Counted from the first letter of the stretch, positions 39,845-50,334 are shown. The stretch: DNA of 64,000 nt from Candidatus Kaiserbacteria bacterium (GCA_027083345.1 JALWOZ010000030.1:977-64976); one strand, 5' to 3'. Program-made: numbers and translations. Notes: generated from the letters alone by a model not told the origin.

Positions 39845-41620
39845 CTACTCACTAACAACTCTCAGTACCTCCTCTATGCTTGTTATACCTTCGGCAGACT
39901 TTTTTATTCCATCCTCTAGCATTGTGAGCATGCCCTCCTTACGAGCTTGGGCTTCAATTTTATCATCTGATGCTCCTGTTAGTATCATCTCCTTAATAGC
40001 CGGTGAAATAGTCAACACCTCAGATATGCTACGCCTACCAGAGTAACCTGAATCACAGTCTTGGCTCGGAGTAGCCTTATAAAACTCCATATTTTTCCAT
40101 GTGGCTGTCTTTTTAACTTGATTCTCACTCTTTAATTCTTTCAGTACCTTCTTTAAATCTACATGTTTACTTATCTCCTCAAGCTCCTCCATAGACAACT
40201 TATAGCTGTCTGACTTACTACACAAAGACCTGACTAACCTTTGCCCTATTACTACCTGCAATGTAGACACAAGCAAAAACGGCTCCACTCCTAAGTCGAC
40301 CAAACGAGCCATAGCACCAGAAGCTGAGTTTGTATGTAGTGTTGAGAGCACCAAGTGCCCAGTAAGAGCAGCGTTTATAGCCAAGCTCGCTGTCTCTTTA
40401 TCTCGTATCTCTCCAACCATTATAATATCCGGATCCTGCCTCATTAAAGCCCTTAATCCTGAGGAGAATGTTAAGCCTATATCTGAGTTAACTTGTGTCT
40501 GATTTATCCTAGAAAGTTGATATTCTATAGGATCTTCAATAGTGGATATATTTACATCGGGAGTATTTAGTATATCTAATATCGAGTACAGCGTCGTCGT
40601 CTTACCAGAGCCGGTAGGGCCTGTAACCAATATAATGCCTGTTTTCGATCGCATGGCTTTGTGTATAGCCTCCAAAGACCCGCCCACAAAACCTAATCCC
40701 TCTAAAGTATAACCTCCCGCGCCATCTTTAAGCAGGCGCATCACGACCTTCTCTCCATATTGAGTAGGTAATATGGATACACGCAATGCCACCTTATCAC
40801 CGGCACTCTCCATCTTAAAGCGTCCATCTTGCGGCAACCTCTTCTCGTCTAATCTTAAATTAGCCAACACTTTTATACGCGCCACTATTGCTCCTGAGGC
40901 TGTCTTAGGCAACTCCATAGCATCGTGCAGTATACCGTCTATACGGTAACGCACTATTAAACCCTCCTCGTGAGGCTCAATATGCACATCTGAAGCACCT
41001 TGCACAACTGCGTATTGCAACAAAGCATCCACGATACGCACTGCGGGTACTTGATTTGCCATATGCTCTGCACTAAATGCAGAGTCGTCTTCACCCGACA
41101 CACTCAATCTAGCAGCGTCCTCATCTATTATGCCAGCCAAATCCTCTTTTAGACTCTTGTGATATTGCTTTAAAGCTGTCTTTATAGAATCCTCATTTGT
41201 GAGCCTGGGCAATATACGCAAACCAGTTTGTTTTTTAATAAAGTTTACAGCCCGAAGATCATCTGTGTCTAACATAGCCACTTCTAGCTCTCCCGAGTTA
41301 TTAGCATCACTATCACCAGCACTTTCGTTTATGTTCTTTTTAAAAGCTATTATATTATGAGTACGTGCTATTGGCTCAGGTATAATAGAGAGGACCTCAT
41401 AATCTATCTTCTTCTTTGTTAAGTCTATAAAAGGTACTCCCAACAAATATGCATAACTCTTACGCAACTCTGCATCTGTAAGAGCTCCGGCAGACACCAA
41501 TACCTCTCCTATAACCTTATCCTCCTCTTTTGCTACTTTAGCTATACGCTCAAACTTCTCTTTAGTTAAGAGTCCTGCATCTACTAAAAACTTCTCAAGT
41601 TGTTCATCATTGATATACAT
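39845..41620 (-). CDS. pilB: Type IV pilus assembly ATPase (PilB/GspE family)
   Basis: N-terminal GSPII_E_N-like domain, Walker A VTGPTGSGKTT, Asp box, Walker B and His box. Tetracysteine absent or short. Confidence 0.9.
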   Translation of the reverse strand: MYINDEQLEKFLVDAGLLTKEKFERIAKVAKEEDKVIGEVLVSAGALTDAELRKSYAYLLGVPFIDLTKKKIDYEVLSIIPEPIARTHNIIAFKKNINESAGDSDANNSGELEVAMLDTDDLRAVNFIKKQTGLRILPRLTNEDSIKTALKQYHKSLKEDLAGIIDEDAARLSVSGEDDSAFSAEHMANQVPAVRIVDALLQYAVVQGASDVHIEPHEEGLIVRYRIDGILHDAMELPKTASGAIVARIKVLANLRLDEKRLPQDGRFKMESAGDKVALRVSILPTQYGEKVVMRLLKDGAGGYTLEGLGFVGGSLEAIHKAMRSKTGIILVTGPTGSGKTTTLYSILDILNTPDVNISTIEDPIEYQLSRINQTQVNSDIGLTFSSGLRALMRQDPDIIMVGEIRDKETASLAINAALTGHLVLSTLHTNSASGAMARLVDLGVEPFLLVSTLQVVIGQRLVRSLCSKSDSYKLSMEELEEISKHVDLKKVLKELKSENQVKKTATWKNMEFYKATPSQDCDSGYSGRRSISEVLTISPAIKEMILTGASDDKIEAQARKEGMLTMLEDGIKKSAEGITSIEEVLRVVSE

Positions 41621-41682
41621 ATCAGAGACATTATAACACTCTCAAGCATAATTATTATCTACTATCAACACTTCACTCCCTA

Positions 41683-41711
41683 TTGACATACTGACTGACT
41701 AAAGTTATAGT
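41683..41711 (+). promoter_or_regulatory. Sigma70-like promoter TTGACA-17-TATAGT upstream of nusA
   Basis: Exact -35 hexamer, 17-nt spacer, -10 TATAGT. Confidence 0.5.
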
Positions 41712-41746
41712 ATGTCTACAACTAAATAAAGATTTTAAGTTCTGCT

Positions 41747-41776
41747 TAGTTGCAGAACTTTTTATTTAAATTAATC
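41747..41776 (+). terminator. Intrinsic-terminator-like hairpin between the promoter and the nusA start (possible attenuator or end of a short RNA)
   Basis: aagttctgc-ttagt-tgcagaactt followed by TTTTT. Located 28 nt upstream of the nusA ATG. Confidence 0.45.
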
Positions 41777-41803
41777 AACATTTATTAACTTAAAAACTAT
41801 ATT

Positions 41804-42934
41804 ATGTTTGATATTAAAACAATGAGCTTAGCTCTAGACGAACTAGAGCAAGAGAGAGGAATTAGCCGTGATGTAGTTATAAAGGCTCTAGAAGAGGCAC
41901 TGGCAGCAGCATACAAGAAAGAATACGGAGAGAGGGGGCAAATAATCCGCGCCGAATTTAATCCTGAGACGGGGGACTTGGAATTTAAGCAAATAAAAAT
42001 AGTGGTAGATGATTCTTTGGTATACAAAGACGAGAAGGACGGGGATGACGACACTAGGACTAAATTCAATGAGGAGCACCATATAATGCTAAACACGGCC
42101 AAACTTATTAAAAAAGATGCGAGGCTAGACAGTGAGATAGAATTTCCTCTTGAGACCAAAGAGGAGTTTGGGCGCATAGCATCTCAAACTGCCAAGCAAG
42201 TTATAATGCAAAAAATCAGAGAGGCGGAGCGTCTCAGTATGCTAGAGGAGTTTGGAGAACGCGAGGGGCAAATAGTAACAGGACATGTACAAAGATTTGA
42301 GAGAGGTAACCTATATGTAGATCTAGGCAGAGTTACAGCCATAATCCCTTATGAAGAGCAAATACCGGGAGAGAGATATCGACAAGGCGAGAGAATACGC
42401 GCCTACTTGTATGAGGTAGATGAAACATCTAGAGGTGCCTTTATCAAGTTATCTCGTGCTCACCCACAATTTTTGGTGCAACTATTTACCCAAGAGGTAC
42501 CGGAGTTACAAAGTGGAGAAGTAGAAATCAAGTCTGTAGCCCGCGAAGCAGGCTCTAGGAGTAAAATAGCGGTACATGCTGTAAACAATAACTTAGACCC
42601 TGTAGGTGCGATGGTTGGAGGACGCGGAGTACGCGTATCAACAGTTATGAGCGAGTTAGGTGGGGAAAAGATAGATGTAATAGAGTGGAGTGACAATCCA
42701 GAATACTTTATAGAGGATGCAATATCTCCCGCAGAGGTACTAAGTGTAGAGATTGGAGAAACTGAGGAAGGTGAGCCTCATGCTTTTGTAGATGTTTTAG
42801 AGGAGCAACAGAGTTTAGCCATAGGTAGAGGAGGACAAAATGTACGATTAGCCGCAAAATTAACAGGCTACAAAATAGATATAAGATCAGTAGATACCCC
42901 AACACAACAAGATGAAGTACCTACGGAGGAGTAA
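41804..42934 (+). CDS. nusA: Transcription termination/antitermination factor NusA
   Basis: N-terminal domain, S1 domain (GQIVTGHVQRFERGNLYVDLG), two KH domains (VGAMVGGRGVRV, GRGGQNVRLAAKLTGYKIDI). Confidence 0.9.
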   Translation: MFDIKTMSLALDELEQERGISRDVVIKALEEALAAAYKKEYGERGQIIRAEFNPETGDLEFKQIKIVVDDSLVYKDEKDGDDDTRTKFNEEHHIMLNTAKLIKKDARLDSEIEFPLETKEEFGRIASQTAKQVIMQKIREAERLSMLEEFGEREGQIVTGHVQRFERGNLYVDLGRVTAIIPYEEQIPGERYRQGERIRAYLYEVDETSRGAFIKLSRAHPQFLVQLFTQEVPELQSGEVEIKSVAREAGSRSKIAVHAVNNNLDPVGAMVGGRGVRVSTVMSELGGEKIDVIEWSDNPEYFIEDAISPAEVLSVEIGETEEGEPHAFVDVLEEQQSLAIGRGGQNVRLAAKLTGYKIDIRSVDTPTQQDEVPTEE

Positions 42935-42988
42935 ATGATGTGGATAATTAAGTCTGACTAAACTAACAAATAAGATATACTAGGTTTT

Positions 42989-43315
42989 ATGGATAATAAA
43001 ACCTTTGGCATAGTCGTAGGTGCCACCGTCTTTATTGCGGTACTTATGTTTATCGGTCTCTATATGCTTAGCTCAAACAAACCTCAAACAAAACCTTTTG
43101 ATAAAGGGTACGACTATGGCTATTCTAATGACGCTACAGACATAGTGCCTCTAGAGAATACAAGTCCTGGCAAACCTAAAGAAACTTTTTATTATAACAA
43201 GACTGCCAGCCCACAAATAAAAGATAACACCAAAGATACGGTGTATTTTGATGCAGATGGCAATATATATGATTTAGGAGCTTCAAGTAACAATAATTAT
43301 GATATAATAGAGTAA
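42989..43315 (+). CDS. Small single-TM protein (hypothetical)
   Basis: TM at residues 6-28, Asn/Asp/Tyr-rich tail. Confidence 0.45.
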   Translation: MDNKTFGIVVGATVFIAVLMFIGLYMLSSNKPQTKPFDKGYDYGYSNDATDIVPLENTSPGKPKETFYYNKTASPQIKDNTKDTVYFDADGNIYDLGASSNNNYDIIE

Positions 43316-43341
43316 ATTTATTAAGTAATAAACAAATCAAT

Positions 43342-43728
43342 ATGCAAGAACAAGATACACAACTCAACTCGTGGCCTACTCAAACCACAGAAAATAAAGA
43401 TAATGAGCAGAAGCCCAAAGAATCATTTGGGGCAATTGCCGGTATATTAATTATTGTGATCTTATTACTGCTTGGTGGAATGTATTTTTGGGGAGCTTAT
43501 CTACAAAAAGCACTCGGCATAAACTTACCTAACACTGAAAACACCAAAGTTAAAACAGACACTGGCTTTGGAGATATTCCAACTAAGAGAGCAAGCTTTG
43601 AGCCAACAGCCCCGCCAATAGTAGATAACAATTATACCGAGATAGATACATTCATTGATAACACTGACAATTTTAATGACTTAGACAATATAGACAAAGA
43701 CCTGCAAAATATTGGCTCAGGTTTGTAA
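43342..43728 (+). CDS. Small single-TM protein (hypothetical), similar architecture to the preceding gene
   Basis: Central TM (AIAGILIIVILLLLGGMYFWGAYL), Asn/Asp-rich tail. Confidence 0.45.
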   Translation: MQEQDTQLNSWPTQTTENKDNEQKPKESFGAIAGILIIVILLLLGGMYFWGAYLQKALGINLPNTENTKVKTDTGFGDIPTKRASFEPTAPPIVDNNYTEIDTFIDNTDNFNDLDNIDKDLQNIGSGL

Positions 43729-43828
43729 TAATTTACCACTAAATATTAGAGCTTTAGCCCTCGTCTATATATAGCGAGGTGTATAGCTTATTGAGCCTAA
43801 TGCCCTTGTGTGTTAACATCGCATTATT

Positions 43829-44923
43829 ATGACACAACCAAAATCAAAACAAGCAGACTATAAGATAACAAATTTTAAAAACCTACCAGAGACGAGCGAA
43901 GTAACAATGACGATAGAGGTGCCGGCAAATGTATTTAGCTCTTACACAGACAGAGCATATAAGCACTTCTCTAAAATAGTTAAGGTAGATGGTTTCCGGC
44001 CTGGTAAGGTCCCTAAAGGGGTTATTCTAAAGCATGTTGGCGAAAATGCCATATTAGAAGAAGCAAGTAAGATGGCCATGCAAGACTCCTATCCAAAGGC
44101 CATAAAAGAGCAAGGACTACTAATAATAGACGCTCCAATGATAAAACTCAGTGATCTTAAAGAGGGTGAGCCACTAGAATACACACTCACTGCGCCTGTA
44201 CCTCCAGCATTTGAAACCCCTAATTACAAAAAGGTCGCTAAGGGCATCTTCACAAAGCCTGTTGAAATCAAAGTCACAGAGGAAGAAGTATCTAACTCTA
44301 TATTAGACTTACGTAAACGTCGCAAACAAATAGAACTTATACAAAAAGGAGTAGCTCCTGAAAAAGCCCAAACAGAGACAGATAAGATAAAAGAGACAGA
44401 TCTACCAAAGCTAGACAACGACTTTTTGCAGACTCTAGGAGATTTCAAAAACCTGGAAGAATTCAAAATTAAACTTAAAGAGACTATAAAAAGTGAGAAA
44501 GAGGCAAGAGAGATTAATAAACGCAGGGCACAATTTGTAGAAGATATAGTAAATGATACAAAAATAACTCTCCCCACCGTACTAATTAGTCACGAATCAG
44601 ACAGACTACAAGCACAATTTGAAGATGATTTAAAACGAGTTGGTAGCAACCTTAATGCATACCTAAAGAGTGTGGATAAAACTTCAGAACAATTTTTAGA
44701 AGAACTCAAGCCCCAAGCTATAAAACAAGCCAAACTACAACTAATATTAAATAAAATAGCTGAAGAAGAGAAAATAATACCCAGACAAGAACAGGTAGAG
44801 GTGGAAACAAGCCATTTGCTACAACATCATAAAGATGCCAATAAAGACTCTGTAATGGCATATGTGACTATGCAATTACGCAATCAAATGGTTTTTGACT
44901 TTTTAGAAAAACAGACTAAATAA
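43829..44923 (+). CDS. tig: Trigger factor (short form)
   Basis: Ribosome-binding signature [11 protein letters not shown] in the N-domain. Located upstream of clpP as in the canonical tig-clpP-clpX arrangement. Confidence 0.8.
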   Translation: MTQPKSKQADYKITNFKNLPETSEVTMTIEVPANVFSSYTDRAYKHFSKIVKVDGFRPGKVPKGVILKHVGENAILEEASKMAMQDSYPKAIKEQGLLIIDAPMIKLSDLKEGEPLEYTLTAPVPPAFETPNYKKVAKGIFTKPVEIKVTEEEVSNSILDLRKRRKQIELIQKGVAPEKAQTETDKIKETDLPKLDNDFLQTLGDFKNLEEFKIKLKETIKSEKEAREINKRRAQFVEDIVNDTKITLPTVLISHESDRLQAQFEDDLKRVGSNLNAYLKSVDKTSEQFLEELKPQAIKQAKLQLILNKIAEEEKIIPRQEQVEVETSHLLQHHKDANKDSVMAYVTMQLRNQMVFDFLEKQTK

Positions 44924-44928
44924 GCTGT

Positions 44929-45552
44929 TTGTCAAATAACTATTCTGTGCTAGTATCGACCATTATGAAGACACAATCCAATTTAATCCCAATGGTGATA
45001 GAAAAGGGTGAGTATGGTGAGCGAGCATATGACATATACTCTCGCCTACTTAAAGAGCGTATAATATTTATATCAGGAGCCATACACGACGATATGGCAA
45101 ATACAGTGGTAGCCCAACTATTATTTTTAGAAGCTCAAAACCCCAAAGAGGATATTCACCTTTATATAAACTCCCCCGGAGGGTCTGTAACAGCTGGTCT
45201 AGCAATATTAGACACAATGAACTTTATAAAACCGGATGTATCTACTATGTGTGTAGGTTTAGCAGCTTCTATGGGTTCTGTTTTACTCTCTAATGGGGCT
45301 CCTGACAAACGCTTCGCACTCCCCAACTCTGAGGTAATGATCCACCAGCCATGGGGTGGTGTGCAAGGACAAGCAACGGATATAGAGATAACCGCAAAGC
45401 ATATATTAAAGACCCGCGACAGGCTCAACAAGATATTGTCTAAGAACACTGGCAAAAGACTAAGCCAAATAGAGAAAGACGTAGACCGCGACTTCTTTAT
45501 GTCTGCCCAAGAAGCCCAAAAATATGGGATTATAGATAAAGTGTTGAAATAG
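44929..45552 (+). CDS. clpP: ATP-dependent Clp protease proteolytic subunit
   Basis: Catalytic Ser (GLAASMGS), His (MIHQP) and Asp context. 207 aa. Confidence 0.95.
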   Translation: MSNNYSVLVSTIMKTQSNLIPMVIEKGEYGERAYDIYSRLLKERIIFISGAIHDDMANTVVAQLLFLEAQNPKEDIHLYINSPGGSVTAGLAILDTMNFIKPDVSTMCVGLAASMGSVLLSNGAPDKRFALPNSEVMIHQPWGGVQGQATDIEITAKHILKTRDRLNKILSKNTGKRLSQIEKDVDRDFFMSAQEAQKYGIIDKVLK

Positions 45553-45760
45553 TCATAAACTCCTGTTAGTATATGTGTACAGGTTAGTTAATTATTCACA
45601 CATACGGTATTACTGACTACTTTAGATTTTTAAAAGACGCAAAAGATACTAGACTTCATGTTAAAAACTCAACAAACAGAGACATTTGCTTATAATTCAA
45701 CTTGCTCTTAAAAAATTAAAACCCTAAGGTAATGTGTAGTACTGTTTAACACAGTATATT

Positions 45761-47290
45761 ATGTCAACAACAATGATTTTACTCCTATTATTGGGGGTTG
45801 GGGTAGCGGGCTTATCCGCAGGATACTTTTTACGCTGGATCATAGCTCTGGGAGCCAAAGGATCAATGGAGTTAAAAGTTAAAAAAATGGAGCTAGACGC
45901 CAAAGAGCGGGCCCAAAAACTCTTAGAAGATGCAGAGGCTGAAGCTAATAAAATAGCCGAAAGCAAACTCACCGAGATAAAGAAAGAGGAGTCTATAATA
46001 AACAAAGAGAAAGAACGCCTAATACAAAGAGAAGAGAAACTAGACTCTAAGCAACAAGCCATAGATAACGATGTTGAAGCACTAAAAAAGAAGGTAGAGG
46101 AGGTTAGAGCCATCAAAACCAAAGCAGACAAACTCTTAGAAGAGCGTACAACAGCCTTGTCAGAAGCCGCAAAGATGTCTATCGATGATGCCAAAGAGGA
46201 GCTAATGTCAGCAGTAGAGAAAGACAGTGCAGAGAGTATAGTGCAGAGGATACAAAAACTTGAGGTTACAGGTAAAGAACAGATAGAGCAAAAAGCAAAA
46301 GAGATACTTACGACCGCTATACACCGTATAGGCAATGCAATGCCCGCAGATGTAATCTCTACCAAGGTAGAGCTACCGAGTGATGACCTAAAAGGTAAGA
46401 TAATAGGTAAAGAGGGACGAAATATAAAAGCCTTTGAACACGCCAGTGGAGTAGACATAATAGTAGATGATACACCTAACACTATTACCATCTCCAGTTT
46501 TGACCCTATACGTAGGCAAATTGCCCGTACAGCATTAGAAAACTTAATCACAGATGGCAGGATACAACCCGTAAAGATAGAGAAAGCTCTAAAGAAAGCT
46601 GAGGAAGAGATAACCCAGATAACAAAAGAGGCCGGAGAAAAAGCAGCCTTTGAAGCCAAAGTTAAAGGACTTGACCCTCGTATCATAGCCATATTAGGTA
46701 AGTTACACTTCCGCACCAGTTACGGTCAAAATGTCCTACAACATTCTGTAGAAATGGCGCATATAGCAGGCATAATAGCACAAGAGGTTGGGGCAGACGT
46801 AGATGTAGCTCGTGCGGGAGCACTCTTACACGACATAGGCAAGGCTGTGGACCACGAGGTGCAGGGCACTCATGTTGAGATCGGCAGGAGAATATTGCAA
46901 AAGTTTGGAGTAGATGAGAAGGTTATAAAAGCTATGGAATCTCACCACGAAGAGTTCCCTTACTCTAGTACTGAGAGTTACATAGTACAAGTGGCAGACG
47001 CCATAAGCGGGGGTAGGCCTGGAGCCAGGCGCGACACAATGGAGCAATATATCCAAAGACTAGAGGACCTAGAGGCTATAGCGAATAAGAACAAAGGGGT
47101 CGAGAAGAGCTACGCCATCGCCGCAGGGCGTGAGGTACGCGTATTTGTAAACCCTAAGGAGGTAGACGACTTAGAAGCTTATAAGATAGCACGTGACATA
47201 GCAAAAGAGATAGAAAAAGAGATGTCTTACCCTGGAGAAATAAAAGTTAATGTAATAAGAGAGACTCGCTCTATAGAGTACGCCAGATAA
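45761..47290 (+). CDS. rny: Ribonuclease Y
   Basis: N-terminal TM anchor, long coiled coil, KH domain (GKIIGKEGRNIKAFE), HD domain (LLHDIGKAVDHE). Confidence 0.9.
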   Translation: MSTTMILLLLLGVGVAGLSAGYFLRWIIALGAKGSMELKVKKMELDAKERAQKLLEDAEAEANKIAESKLTEIKKEESIINKEKERLIQREEKLDSKQQAIDNDVEALKKKVEEVRAIKTKADKLLEERTTALSEAAKMSIDDAKEELMSAVEKDSAESIVQRIQKLEVTGKEQIEQKAKEILTTAIHRIGNAMPADVISTKVELPSDDLKGKIIGKEGRNIKAFEHASGVDIIVDDTPNTITISSFDPIRRQIARTALENLITDGRIQPVKIEKALKKAEEEITQITKEAGEKAAFEAKVKGLDPRIIAILGKLHFRTSYGQNVLQHSVEMAHIAGIIAQEVGADVDVARAGALLHDIGKAVDHEVQGTHVEIGRRILQKFGVDEKVIKAMESHHEEFPYSSTESYIVQVADAISGGRPGARRDTMEQYIQRLEDLEAIANKNKGVEKSYAIAAGREVRVFVNPKEVDDLEAYKIARDIAKEIEKEMSYPGEIKVNVIRETRSIEYAR

Positions 47291-47392
47291 GCATGCACAA
47301 ATCGCTCACCTCTAGGTATGTTGCACAATATATGGCTTTATGTATACTAATAAGTAATTATTAAGGGATTATTAAGTAATAAATAAGATTTT

Positions 47393-47665
47393 ATGAATAA
47401 GTCAGAACTAATAGATGCACTACGTGACGCAACTGGTGTTACTCGTGCAGACGCAGAGCGATCAGTAGAAGCTCTGATAAACACAATTACCAACACTCTA
47501 AAAAAGGGAGACCAAGTATCAATTGCTGGTCTTGGTATTTTTGAGGCTAAGATGCGAGCGGGTCGCACAGGGCGTAACCCTCGTACCGGTGAGTCAATAG
47601 AGATCCCAGCAATGCGTGTACCAAAGTTCCGCGCTGCCAAAGCTCTTAAAGATGCAGTTAAGTAA
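47393..47665 (+). CDS. hup: Nucleoid-associated protein HU
   Basis: MNKSELIDAL...GFGxFE...RAGRNPRTGESIEIPA... with the HU arm motif. Confidence 0.9.
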   Translation: MNKSELIDALRDATGVTRADAERSVEALINTITNTLKKGDQVSIAGLGIFEAKMRAGRTGRNPRTGESIEIPAMRVPKFRAAKALKDAVK

Positions 47666-47698
47666 TTTTACTGCTCAATAAGTACAATAGTATATTGT

Positions 47699-47725
47699 AA
47701 AAAGCCGGCATTAGCCGGCTTTTTA
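47699..47725. terminator. Bidirectional intrinsic terminator after hup
   Basis: aaaaagccggc-atta-gccggcttttt. Confidence 0.7.
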
Positions 47726-47732
47726 CAATGTG

Positions 47733-47803
47733 TGCGGGTGGGGAGAATCGAACTCCCGTCCTCTGCTTGGAAGGCAGATATTCTACCACTAAACTACACC
47801 CGC
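47733..47803 (-). tRNA. tRNA-Gly (anticodon TCC)
   Basis: Reverse complement GCGGGTGTAGTTTAGTGGTAGAATATCTGCCTTCCAAGCAGAGGACGGGAGTTCGATTCTCCCCACCCGCA. Anticodon loop CTTCCAA. Confidence 0.85.
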
Positions 47804-47849
47804 AATTTGCATATAATCTTATGATAACAATAATACACATTTCTAACTC

Positions 47850-47905
47850 TTCCATTTGGAAGGCAGTCAATGTATCTTTTGCTACCACTAAACTACGCTC
47901 GCATA
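47850..47905 (-). pseudogene. Degenerate 5'-half copy of tRNA-Gly (acceptor, D-arm and anticodon arm only)
   Basis: Reverse complement GCGAGCGTAGTTTAGTGGTAGCAAAAGATACATTGACTGCCTTCCAAATGGAAG resembles the 5' two-thirds of the adjacent tRNA-Gly(TCC). No T-arm or 3' acceptor strand follows. Confidence 0.4.
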
Positions 47906-47983
47906 CGCCAGGGCTTTGGCGGGCAGACCCGCATAAGCTCTAGGGTATGCGCAATATACTACCAGAAATGTTATAATTTACAA

Positions 47984-48985
47984 ATGCAAGACCTATTAAC
48001 AACACTTATCTCTACCCTACAGACATTAGCTATCCTACTAGCCTCACAAGGAGGGATAACGCCAGAGGTATCTGCTCAAATACAAGCAATAACAAGCACT
48101 CAACAAACTCAACTACAGATCCCTCCTACTCAGGATCTCAACGCTATAAACAAAGCTAAATCTGATGCGGTTATTAATATCGTATGCATAAGTAGAAATG
48201 ATCAACTAAATAGTGAAGTAGCTAGTGGTGTCATAATCTCCCCAGACGGCTTAGTCCTTGTAAATGCTCATATGGCCCAATATATGCTATTAGAACAACT
48301 CTCCAACATTGCGATGCAATGTACTCTGCGCTCCGGCTCCCCTGCTAAACCAGCATATAAAGCCAAAATAATATACATAAACCCCAAATGGATCAAAACT
48401 AATGCTTCACAAATCACCTCTAATGAGCAGTATGGTACTGGTGAGCACGACTATGCAATACTTCAAATTACAAACCCAATAAAACCAAATACCTCCCTAC
48501 CGAAGGAGTTTACTTACATAGAACCAAATACAAAACCTGTAACTAGCTATATAAATAAACCTGTACTCATTCGCTCTTATCCTGCTGAGTTCTTGGGCTC
48601 TGCTATAACATTACGCTCATTGCACCCCGTAGCCACCATAACTCCCCTGCTCTCTATGCGTACGTTCTCTACAGACGCCAAGAGCGCAACACCCGACTTA
48701 TTAGAGCTCGGAGGTTCTATAGTGGCGCAAGGTGGTAGCTCTGGTGGCGCCGTTATAAGCAATAGCGGTAAGCTACTAGGTATAATTGTTACAAGTACCC
48801 GCAAAAATACAACCGCGGAGAGAGAGTTAAATGCCATAAGCATAGAGCATATTAATAACTCTTTAAAGGCTGATATTGGGATAGGACTAAACCAACTAAT
48901 CAACCTGCCCAAAAGTCTAAAGTTGAAAATAACCGCGAATTCATTGCCAGCTTCAGCAAATAAGCTTCTTAAATATATAAAATAA
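47984..48985 (+). CDS. Secreted trypsin-like serine peptidase
   Basis: Signal-like N-terminus. His region (LVLVNAHM). G-x-S-x-G triad context (GGSSGGAV). ATG at 47984 preferred, since the ORF-track start at 47870 overlaps the pseudo-tRNA. Confidence 0.65.
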   Translation: MQDLLTTLISTLQTLAILLASQGGITPEVSAQIQAITSTQQTQLQIPPTQDLNAINKAKSDAVINIVCISRNDQLNSEVASGVIISPDGLVLVNAHMAQYMLLEQLSNIAMQCTLRSGSPAKPAYKAKIIYINPKWIKTNASQITSNEQYGTGEHDYAILQITNPIKPNTSLPKEFTYIEPNTKPVTSYINKPVLIRSYPAEFLGSAITLRSLHPVATITPLLSMRTFSTDAKSATPDLLELGGSIVAQGGSSGGAVISNSGKLLGIIVTSTRKNTTAERELNAISIEHINNSLKADIGIGLNQLINLPKSLKLKITANSLPASANKLLKYIK

Positions 48986-48990
48986 AGGAT

Positions 48991-49383
48991 ATGAAGAATG
49001 CAAATAAATCTACAACTCACCCCTTAACCAGAAACAAAGAGACAATGGAAGCCTACAGCAGAAAAAGAGCAACCTCTAAAGAAAACGAGGAGGAGATATT
49101 CGCCAGATTACAAAAAGAAGCTATAAAATCCTTCAAACACTGGTTTCTAGTAGAAAACGACTTCCCTTACGATGCCATAGCTAAGACACACCACATACTC
49201 TTCCCCAAACGCAAAGTGCCTTTTAATTGGGAGTGCCTTAACAAAAAAGAGCTAGAAGAGTTTGCAAAAATCAAAAAAGGATATTTATCTGAGACTTATG
49301 AAGTATTGTGGGAGAATCTACCTAAAGGCCGAAGTGTAAAAAGTATCCTACACATACACTTGCTAAATATGATACGAAAATAA
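48991..49383 (+). CDS. Hypothetical protein, possibly HIT-like fold
   Basis: 130 aa. HIHLL segment near the C-terminus weakly resembles a histidine-triad motif. No confident family assignment. Confidence 0.35.
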   Translation: MKNANKSTTHPLTRNKETMEAYSRKRATSKENEEEIFARLQKEAIKSFKHWFLVENDFPYDAIAKTHHILFPKRKVPFNWECLNKKELEEFAKIKKGYLSETYEVLWENLPKGRSVKSILHIHLLNMIRK

Positions 49384-49392
49384 AAACTTTTA

Positions 49393-49470
49393 CCGGGATG
49401 CCGGGAATCGAATCGAACTTTACGGTCTTAGGCTCGGAAAAGATTAAAGTCATTACCACTGATGTAGACA
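49393..49470 (-). pseudogene. Degenerate copy of tRNA-Pro (3' end retained, T-loop internally duplicated)
   Basis: Shares TTCGATTCCCGGCATCCCG with tRNA-Pro about 20 bp away. Contains TTCGATTCGATTCC. The 5' acceptor strand is not complementary. Confidence 0.45.
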
Positions 49471-49489
49471 ATGTATAATTGTTACTTTG

Positions 49490-49560
49490 TCGGGATGCCG
49501 GGAATCGAACCCGGACCTTACGGTCCCAAACCGTAAACACTACCACTATGCTACATCCCG
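49490..49560 (-). tRNA. tRNA-Pro (anticodon TGG)
   Basis: Reverse complement CGGGATGTAGCATAGTGGTAGTGTTTACGGTTTGGGACCGTAAGGTCCGGGTTCGATTCCCGGCATCCCGA. Anticodon loop TTTGGGA. Confidence 0.85.
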
Positions 49561-49695
49561 ATAGTGCTCCTATTTTACACACTTTTACAACTTTATCCAG
49601 TCATAAAAAATCGAGCTTCAAAAATACATTACAAATAAAATTATTTACAGAGTAACAGGTGTCCGTTAGTATTTATATAACGGACACCTAAAAGA

Positions 49696-50094
49696 CTACA
49701 GTACGATGTCCTTTATATATTTACATCTTGCCGTCCGTGTCCTTTTGTTTAAATACATTATTAATACGTCAAATACCCAATCCTCAACGTCGTTCTCTAG
49801 TATATACGTTTGTATCACCCTTTTTAAGCGTTTTATCTTATTGTTATGTATCATCTCCTCTGGTCTCCACCGGTCTATATCACCTTCTGAATAATCTCTA
49901 TTTGTTGTCTTGACCTCAACAAAGTGTATGATCTCTACCCTTCTACCTAAGTTCCCCATCGTTTCTTGTGCAACAATGTCAATCTCCCCCCATTTACGCC
50001 AATAATTCAACTCTATTATCTTTAGACCTCTTTTCACAAGAAACTCTCTTGCCACCTTCTCCCCTTCTTTGCCAATGTCATTATGTTTAGCCAT
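49696..50094 (-). CDS. yraN: YraN-family (UPF0102) predicted endonuclease
   Basis: GExIAxxFL...GEIDIVA...FVEVKTT pattern typical of UPF0102. Confidence 0.75.
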   Translation of the reverse strand: MAKHNDIGKEGEKVAREFLVKRGLKIIELNYWRKWGEIDIVAQETMGNLGRRVEIIHFVEVKTTNRDYSEGDIDRWRPEEMIHNNKIKRLKRVIQTYILENDVEDWVFDVLIMYLNKRTRTARCKYIKDIVL

Positions 50095-50280
50095 GTATAA
50101 TCATTATAGTCTAAAAGACTCCACATGATGTCCCTTATCCACATATCCACTTAGTTATCCACAGTTATCTACATTTGTATAAAATAACCTGTATTTTAGC
50201 CGTTTATATCCAGTGTTTTTATATACATGTCAAGTTTTTTATTATAATTATAAAAGACATTTAGTTACGCTTGTACAAGG

Positions 50281-50308
50281 TTGCAAGTGCCTTAACTTAT
50301 TGTATAAT
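50281..50308 (+). promoter_or_regulatory. Sigma70-like promoter TTGCAA-16-TATAAT upstream of tRNA-Gly(GCC)
   Basis: Hexamers at 50281-50286 and 50303-50308, about 27 nt upstream of the tRNA 5' end. Confidence 0.5.
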
Positions 50309-50334
50309 TTGCAAGCATTTTGCAACCAAATACT

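Noticed and set aside
41797-42177. 126-aa minus-strand ORF and other antisense ORFs overlapping nusA, dus, pilB, etc.
   Set aside because: Each overlaps a conserved gene on the opposite strand and is low-complexity (Ser/Leu-rich). These are typical antisense artefacts.
47870-47983. Upstream extension of the serine protease ORF (MYLLLPLNYARIRQG...)
   Set aside because: It overlaps the pseudo-tRNA-Gly fragment. The first in-frame ATG with a plausible context is at 47984.
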